From: Octopus bimaculoides | Lineage: Eukaryota | Length of the DNA: 58,424 nucleotides | Direction of reading: 5' to 3' | Assembly (NCBI RefSeq): GCF_001194135.2 | Contig: NC_068996.1 | Location: 45,141,299-45,199,722 of the forward strand | Shown here: positions 50,951 through 58,424 of the stretch, in pieces | Numbering within the stretch: position 1 is the stretch's first letter | Layout: each line of letters starts with the position of its first letter | The notes under the pieces: generated by a model | Told to the model about the DNA's origin: nothing | What the model saw: the letters and a program-made list of their open reading frames with translations, nothing else | Databases searched by the model: none | Made by a program: the position numbers and the translations under genes

Positions 50951-51187
50951 TAATTTTATTTTTATAACGTGCTTTTACTTCACTACCGAGCGCAGCTCCG
51001 TGTGCCTTGGGTATGTGCTGTGATTTGCTGTGATGCTCTTATTTTTACAGTATAAAAAGGATGTGTACGGTGCCTAGTAGTGCTATTTTCTGTATGTTAT
51101 ATGTACTTGTTAGACCTGGTGGTTTAGTTATGTATTTGTCCGAATATTTTTTTCATCATACCTAATGCGTCTACTATCATACAAAAT

Positions 51188-51294
51188 TGTTTCTTATTTC
51201 TTTATTGCCCACAAGGGGCTAAACATAGAGGGGACAAACAAGGACAGACAAAGGTGTTAAGTTGATTATCATACGAAATTATTTCTGTTTTTTG

Positions 51295-51372
<78 letters not shown>

Positions 51373-51605
51373 GTTGTTGTTGTTGTTATTGTTATTGTTA
51401 TTATTATTTGGTGTCGAGGGGGCAGAATAGTTAGTACGCCAGTCAAAGTGCTTAGTGGGATTTAGACCGTCTTTATGTTCCGCGTTTAAATTTCATGAAG
51501 TTCGACTTTGCTTTTCATCTTTTCGATATCGATGGAATAACAACAAGTTGAGCTCTGGCGATGATGTAATCGACAAGCCGTCCCCTCTAAAATTTCCAGG
51601 TATAT
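51188..51605. mobile_element. Two SINE family B pieces in opposite orientation around (TTA)n (51188-51270 minus; 51413-51605 plus)
   Basis: Family B motifs ttgcccacaaggggctaaac and ggcagaatagttagtacgcc..gttcgactttgcttttcatcttttcg. Confidence 0.7.
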
Positions 51606-52419
51606 ATATTTTTTTGCCTATAGTAGAAAAGGATCATAATCATCATCATCATCGTCATCGTCACCGTTTTCGCCATCATCATCATCATCATCATCAACGT
51701 TATTTTCTTCCGCTTCAAACGAATGCGGCAACACGCTCATGTCAACAATAGAGACGTATAATCCTAACAAAAGCCAAAGAAGAAGCGACCATGAGGTCAT
51801 GCTGCAGGAAACACCAGATTAATCTCTTTTAAGTTCAACTCAACTAAATTCAAGACGAAAAAAAAAATATTGGATAATTCAATTTAAGAAAAAACATCTT
51901 TTGAATAAGAGGGATGGTCACCGTTAAAATGTCTTTCATCATATGTCTGTTTGATCAGATTCGACTTTAGGCTAAACAACAGAATATCTCAAAGAAAAAC
52001 AAAGAGTAAAATGTAGTGAAACATTAATCTTTTGATGGGCTTATTTTGATACTAAGCTATGCTAATAATCTGAATTTGCAAAAACAAAAACCATACTAAT
52101 ACTTGAGATACACTTCATTAATTGCCATCGCCAATTAAAGAGAAATATAATTATTTCACATTTCTTTTACATCGTGTTGCAGAGAAACAGGTGTAAATAT
52201 GTCAATGAAGCTGGTTTTATTTGAGTTTAAAATAAAGGTAACGTGTTTCAGAACCTTCTGACATAGCTAATACATACAAGACAATTATTAGTCAGAATTG
52301 AAATAAGTGTCTATTATTTATCTTGTATGTCTAGTGATGAACATATTTACCAATTTCTTTGAACGACCAACAAACAAAAGTAAGTAAATATGATGTACGA
52401 AAACTAATCGTAGCACTCC

Positions 52420-52773
52420 GTGGGTTACGAAAATGGGGCCTCCAGTTGATCCGATCAACGGAACAGCCTGTTCATGAAATTAACGTGCAAGTGGCCGAGC
52501 TTTCCACAGACACGTGTACCCTTAACTTAGTTCTCGGGGAGATTCAGCGTTGTCACACTCTGTGTGACAACGTTGGCCCTTTGGAATACAGGCAAAACAG
52601 AAACAGGAAGAAAGAGTGAGAGAAAGGTGTGGTGAAAGAGTGCAGCAGAGTTCGCCATCATCCCCTGCCGGAGCTTCGTGGAGCTTTTAGGTGTTTTCGC
52701 TCAATAAACACTCACAACACCCGGTCTGGGAATCGAAACCGCGATCCTAACCACTCGGCCATTGCGCCTCCAC
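52420..52773 (-). mobile_element. tRNA-like SINE family D
   Basis: Minus head gtggaggcgcaatggccgagtggttagg..gcggtttcgattcccagacc; tail shared with 41655-41967. Confidence 0.8.
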
Positions 52774-53895
52774 CCGAAAACTAGTAGTAAAATAAGAAGG
52801 CATAAAAGGTACATAAAGAATATAAGACAACATAAAAGTACACTACCTTTCCTGTATGGCAGTGAACTTGCGGACATTAGATGTCAAAGCAAAATATCAT
52901 AGAGTGGTTGTTTGAGCACTCTCACAATGTGACTTCAAATCCCGCTGGGGCAACCTTTCTTTTTATCATTTTGAGCAAGGTGAAAGGTCATTAGATTTGC
53001 ATAGTAGTAAGAGCGCGAAACGATATATTTTGTAATATTTATTATAAATATTTGAGTTTTGAGTTCTTGGATGGTTAATTTAGTCAATCGTCCGGTAATT
53101 TAATTCAGTCAAATGATTTTGGAGGTGTCCTTTGTGGTGTTAACACAATAGAAAATGCTACAGTCGGGTTTCTGATTTAAGAATAACTTCCTCTTTTTAT
53201 TTCATCACTCTCGGAGGCCATAAAACATCATTGAGTCATAGACACCAACTTTCTTCCCTAATAAATCAGTAAAGAAAGAACAGATGCAACACTTATTTAA
53301 TGTGGCTACCATGTAGAAAGCCAAACAACTGCAGTATTTCGCTTGAGAAAGCATCTTGAGTAGCTGCAGAGTACTGAAAAGCAAAGAAGAATATTAGTAG
53401 CACACAGAAATCATCCACCAGCGGCTGTAGAATTGCTAAATCCAGATTCCTGCATACAATCACGCCATTTTTAGCAAGCGCCCACCTGTAACTGTATGCA
53501 TAGATAAATTTCGATCCTACTGTTATAGAAAACTAGGGATTAACAAGCCCCACGTGTCGCAAATAGTTGGCAGATTTTCTACAATTTCGATTTAACGGCG
53601 AGATCAGTATTATTTCAAAATAGCAATCTGTACATCTTACTTAACATGTGTATACTTGCAGAAAGCCACACAGCAGCAGTATTCGTCACGGGAAAGTACC
53701 TTGTTCTTTTCTTTTCTGTCTTTCTGTTAGTCTTTCGTTCTCTTCTTATCAGTCAGCAGGGAAGCAAAGAGCTTGAAATGTTAAATTGTTTACTCAACCC
53801 GACAATTGGCTAAATAATTTATCCGTCACATCTTCAGTGATGTAACATCGCAAATTTTCAGATTTCTGTCCACCCAGTTAACATTGATCATTCAC

Positions 53896-53935
<40 letters not shown>

Positions 53936-54524
53936 TACACACAACTTTTCTCTCTCTCTCTCTCTTTCAAATATACACGTATGTACCTACATGTATTCAC
54001 ACACACAAATACTCACACACATGCAAAATTATCTTCAGGTTATTCTTTGAACATTATTCCAAGAGTGGGAGTTAAATAAAAATTAAAATTCACTTAGTTA
54101 CAAGAAGTCCTACGTTTGTGTTTTCTGGTAATATATATATAGAGAGAGATCATATCTCTCAACATGTTCTGACCAAAAATATAGCTAAAGTATATACCTG
54201 TAATTGTAGTCTTGAGAGAAAAAGAAGAACGTATCGAATGCAAAAAAGAAATAAAAAAGTTAAAAAAAGAGGAAGTGATCACGCCTAGAATGTTGATCAT
54301 AGATTTATTCAGAAAAGAATTAGAGTTAAACAATGACAAGGAAATCGTAACAGCTTTATAAATATAGTGGAATTCACATTGTAATCTAACATTTCGTTAC
54401 ACTATAACTCTTAGCACTTTATGACGCTCCCTATATTGGATGTTTTTCGCTTTATGTCAAATTGTCAACGAGCTTTGTGCAAAAGACTAACCAATTAAGC
54501 ATAGGTTTAAAATTCTGACACAAA

Positions 54525-55078
54525 GCTAGCTATTTCGGACAAGGGGAAATCGATTATATCGACCCCAGTATTCAACCGGTACTTATTTTATCGATCCCGA
54601 AAGGTTGAGAGGCAAAGTCCATCTCGCCGGAATTTGAACTCAGATTTTAAAGACAGACGAAATTCTGCTAAGAGGTGTAAGTCGATTACATCGATCCTAG
54701 TACGCAACTGGTACTTATATCGACCCCGAAAGGTTGAAAGGGAAAGTCTATCTCGGCGGAATTTAAACTCAGAACTTAATGACGGACGAAAAGCCGCTAA
54801 GCATTTTGTCCAGTTTGCTAACGATTCTACGAATTCGTCGCTTCCTTAAACCAACAAAATATCAACTTCAAATTTTGGCACAAGGCCAGCAATTTCGAGG
54901 GAGGACTTAAGTTGATTAAGTCAACCTTAGTGCTCAACTAGCACGTAGTTTATCGACACCGAAAAACATAAAAAGCAAAGTCAACCTCGATGGAATTTGA
55001 ACTTAGAACATACTGACGGACGAAATGCCTAGCAACATGTTACCAGGCATTCTAATGCTTCTGCTAGCTATCCACCTT
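54525..55078 (-). mobile_element. Three tandem SINE family B copies of graded divergence
   Basis: atcgaccccag..aaaggttga..ggaatttgaactcag recurs at ~54545, ~54680 and ~54910. Confidence 0.75.
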
Positions 55079-56130
55079 ACAACCAACCAAATATTAATGT
55101 GCTTCCATTGAAGCTAACACACTTTGCGTTGATTTTTTGTAAATAGATCTTAGAGCATGAGATTTGGAAATCTACAATATTAAATGTAAAAACAGCTACT
55201 GATACAATAAAAGCAACGAAAGTCTGGCAATGTTCCAACCTATATATGGCATGAGAAATATATAGGCTACTACAAAAGAACAATCCGAAGAGTTCACAGC
55301 TAGGTTAGCATTAATATAGGTTTCGTCCTTGAAACATAAACTAATATCCACTTGATATATGAAAATATTGTAACAGGTCCAAGTATAACAATTAAATCTT
55401 CTATTCCATACCGGATAATCACAAATACGCCACAGCTAAAGCGTACATTCATCCATCGATCCATCCATACATGCATTTATAAACAGATGCATATCTACAA
55501 GTATATACATATATACATAGATACATATATATGCATATATGTATATATACATATATGCATATAGATGCATATTTTTATACATACATAGGCATATATATTT
55601 GTGTGTGTGAGTGTATATATGTACTTATAGGTATATATAAGCATACACGTACAACATACATTCATATATTCATACATACATACATACATAACTGTGGACA
55701 ACTGCTTCGAAACATCTATATCTAGATTACAAATTTACATTTATACCAACAATAATTGGAACACTTAGTTGTGTAAGCAAATGCCAAACTGTCAGTATGG
55801 ACAAGATTCGATTTTCAGAAAAAAATCAATCAACTGATTCGCACATTACAAATGCAACCTGTTAGTGGAACAGTAAAAGTATGCAAGATTTTTCTCAGGT
55901 TTTAGTTATATATATTCCAACAATGGAGCTTTCTATCTTTGTTATAAACCAGCTCCTTCTTAAGGAGAAGCATTTAAATGACTAAAAACAGAAGAAACAC
56001 ACATATGTATATACCTATCGTCAGTTCCCTATCGAAACAAAGCACAATCGTAAAATTAATATTTAAAATGTTCAATTTGAAGCAGCATTTATTGCAAGAA
56101 TAATCTCCCTTGATTGATAGTTCTAGAATA

Positions 56131-56212
56131 CAGTAATCCCTTGACTATAGCGTGTTATGTTCCAAAGTCCCCGCCCGCCGCGATAGGTAGAAATACGCGA
56201 AATAGAAACAGT
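56131..56212 (+). mobile_element. Tigger/pogo-type left terminal inverted repeat
   Basis: TA|cagtaatcccttgactatagcg..gttccaaagtcccc..cgcgataggtagaaatacgcgaaatagaa is the typical Tigger end; partner end not visible. Confidence 0.6.
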
Positions 56213-56355
56213 ACTGTATTGTATATTTCGTATTATTTTTATAATTTTGTATATATTCATTTTATTATAAATGCAAACAACACCACGGAGGAATCGGCGT
56301 AAGATTAAATAATGAACTGTCACAAGACATGCATACAAATATGCAGATATATAAC

Positions 56356-56760
56356 CGCAGGTACGGTGTGGTAAGAAGCTTGTTTCCCAACCACATGGTT
56401 CTGCGTTCAGTCCCACTGCGTGGTACCTTGGGCAAGTGTCTTCTACTCTAGCCGCGGGCAGACTAAAGCCTTGTGAGTAGATTTAGTAGACGGAAACGGA
56501 AAGGAGACCGTCACGTACATATCTTTGTGTGTGTGTGTGTGTGTGTGTGTCTTTGTATCTGTGTTTCTCCCCTCACCATCGCTTAACAACTGATGCTGGT
56601 GTTTCTACAACCCCTTAACTTAGTGGTTCAGCCAAAGATTGCGATAGAATACGTACTAGGCTACTAAAGAAAAAGCCCTGGAGTCGATTTTTTCAACTAA
56701 AACCTTTGAAGGCGTTGCTCCAGCATGGCTGGAGTGAAATGACTGAAACATCTCAAAGGA
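56356..56760 (+). mobile_element. SINE family A, full length
   Basis: gtgtggtaagaagcttgtttcccaaccacatggttctgcgttcagtcccactgcgtggtaccttgggcaagtg..gctccagcatggc..gactgaaaca. Confidence 0.85.
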
Positions 56761-57569
56761 GAAAAGCATAAAANNNNNNNNNNNNNNNNNNNNNNNNNNN
56801 NNNNNNNNNNNNNNNNNNNNNNNNNNNNNNNNNNNNNNNNNNNNNNNNNNNNNNNNNNNNNNNNNNNNNNNNNNNNNNNNNNNNNNNNNNNNNNNNNNNN
56901 NNNNNNNNNNNNNNNNNNNNNNNNNNNNNNNNNNNNNNNNNNNNNNNNNNNNNNNNNNNNNNNNNNNNNNNNNNNNNNNNNNNNNNNNNNNNNNNNNNNN
57001 NNNNNNNNNNNNNNNNNNNNNNNNNNNNNNNNNNNNNNNNNNNNNNNNNNNNNNNNNNNNNNNNNNNNNNNNNNNNNNNNNNNNNNNNNNNNNATATATA
57101 TATATATATATATATATATAGGTACAGTTACATGCATATATCCATACATTAATACATGGAATATTATGTACATAGACACAAATAAATGGATCATGCTAAT
57201 GCAACCATTTAGGCCTCTTTTTTTATTTACATTTGCAATAGGAAATGCAATACTGAATTCTCTTCCAGTTTAATGTTATTGCAGAGAAACAGATTCAAAT
57301 AAGAAATGCACCAGGAATAAAAGCATTTAAAACTTACTATATTAACCTCGGCAGGTTTAGCAAAGTATATTGAGAAAGTTATTAACTTCGAAGAAATTTA
57401 TATGGTATATTTTTCACATGGCGAAATAGACCAATTCATTTCATTCTTTATTTTTTTTGTTTCCTTTTACATTCTTGGTTTTAGTTGATTTTCCATTTTT
57501 ATCTTTTGTTTTTGTTGTTGCATTTTTTGTGTATATATATTTGTGAATTTAACATTCGTGTTTAGTTAG

Positions 57570-57683
57570 TGGAACACAAAAAGAAAATAACGTTAATGTA
57601 AAGTTAAATAGCGATGATAAAGAACCTATTAAAATAACTGCAAATGAAAGACCATTACTTGAACGTATCGAGCGCCAAGCTAG
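57570..57683 (+). CDS. Candidate internal coding exon of an unidentified gene
   Basis: T-rich tract + ttag acceptor, AG|gtgaca donor, 114 nt open, phase 2-2: GTQKENNVNVKLNSDDKEPIKITANERPLLERIERQA. No family recognised. Confidence 0.25.
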
Positions 57684-58363
57684 GTGACAATATAATATAT
57701 TCTTAAAAAGAAGGAAATTAGTAAACGAAAGAAAAAAACATGAATATAAATGGATATAGAATATATATGAATAAAAATACTTAAAACTAATCTATATTTT
57801 AAGATTTAGTTAATAATAGCTGTAGACATTATGGTGTTATATATATTCTTGTTCCAATCAAACATTGCCTTTCTGCTATAGATCGAAACATTTAAGTAAA
57901 TTATACTACAGCAGCGTTTATTTATTTTAATATTATACTTTATTGTTGTATTATACTCCTTCAAGATGTATATATATNNNNNNNNNNGAGTGTAATTACA
58001 TATAGGTGTTTCATTGTGTTTACGCATGTGAGCATAAGCATGTGATGCGGGAATTTGAATTCACAAACAAGAGAGAGGATATTAGTCAATAGAAAAGCAA
58101 TTAGTATTGTAGTAGTATTGCGAATGCTATCTATTACTATCCCAAGTTTAGCAAGCGTTTCTGTTCGCGTAACTGATATTCGAATTGGGAAACATGATTT
58201 ATAACAATGATGGTAAAGCGGGCGTGACCATTCGAATGAAAAATGTGTAGAAAACCAAAATATAAAAACAGACTATACAAAAAATGTATACATACATACA
58301 CACAGATACACACACATACATAACATGTTCTCTATTTATATAAATATATATGTTTGTGTGTGT

Positions 58364-58424
<61 letters not shown>

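Larger units (their letters stand above)
4338..57987. other. Assembly gaps (span of N-runs), e.g. 4338-4450, 9681-10382, 11033-11572, 13302-14153, 19468-20236, 21905-22500, 25648-26435, 33148-33569, 56774-57093
   Basis: Runs of N, mostly bounded by dinucleotide microsatellites; real exons could be hidden in them. Confidence 0.95.

Noticed and set aside
51618-51800. ORF resembling signal peptide plus acidic tract (MTSWSLLLWLLLG..DDDD)
   Set aside because: The acidic part is a (GAT)n microsatellite, the ORF ends next to SINE B sequence, and there is no further support.
53270-53520. Minus open frame YSYRWALAKNGVIVCRNLDLAILQ resembling a piggyBac C-terminal motif
   Set aside because: Similarity is too loose, with no TTAA ends or other transposase motifs found.

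Overview
Eukaryotic, AT-rich, microsatellite-dense draft sequence with about 18 N-gaps, nearly all flanked by simple repeats. The SINE and repeat complement resembles a coleoid cephalopod (Octopus-like) genome; this is inference from repeat familiarity, not a database match. I find no confidently identifiable host protein-coding gene, tRNA, rRNA or CRISPR array, and almost all long ORFs in the track are microsatellite or N-gap artefacts. The window is mostly transposon relics: a decayed Penelope-like (PLE) reverse transcriptase, four R4/Dong-like RLE non-LTR fragments, RTE- and CR1-like LINE scraps, a Gypsy/Ginger-type integrase relic, four tRNA-like SINE families, a complete-looking non-autonomous Helitron, and hAT, Tc1/mariner and Tigger-type non-autonomous elements. 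The most interesting signal is non-coding. Several minimal, PLE-type hammerhead-ribozyme folds with variant cores occur: a head-to-head pair forming a ~166-bp palindrome (40820-40985), a tandem pair (17314-17608) and a weaker third type (2071-2111) downstream of the PLE RT relic. Several long foldback hairpins are also present (50176-50316, 5337-5731, 44706-44745). Ribozyme activity and the candidate exons are untested inferences.
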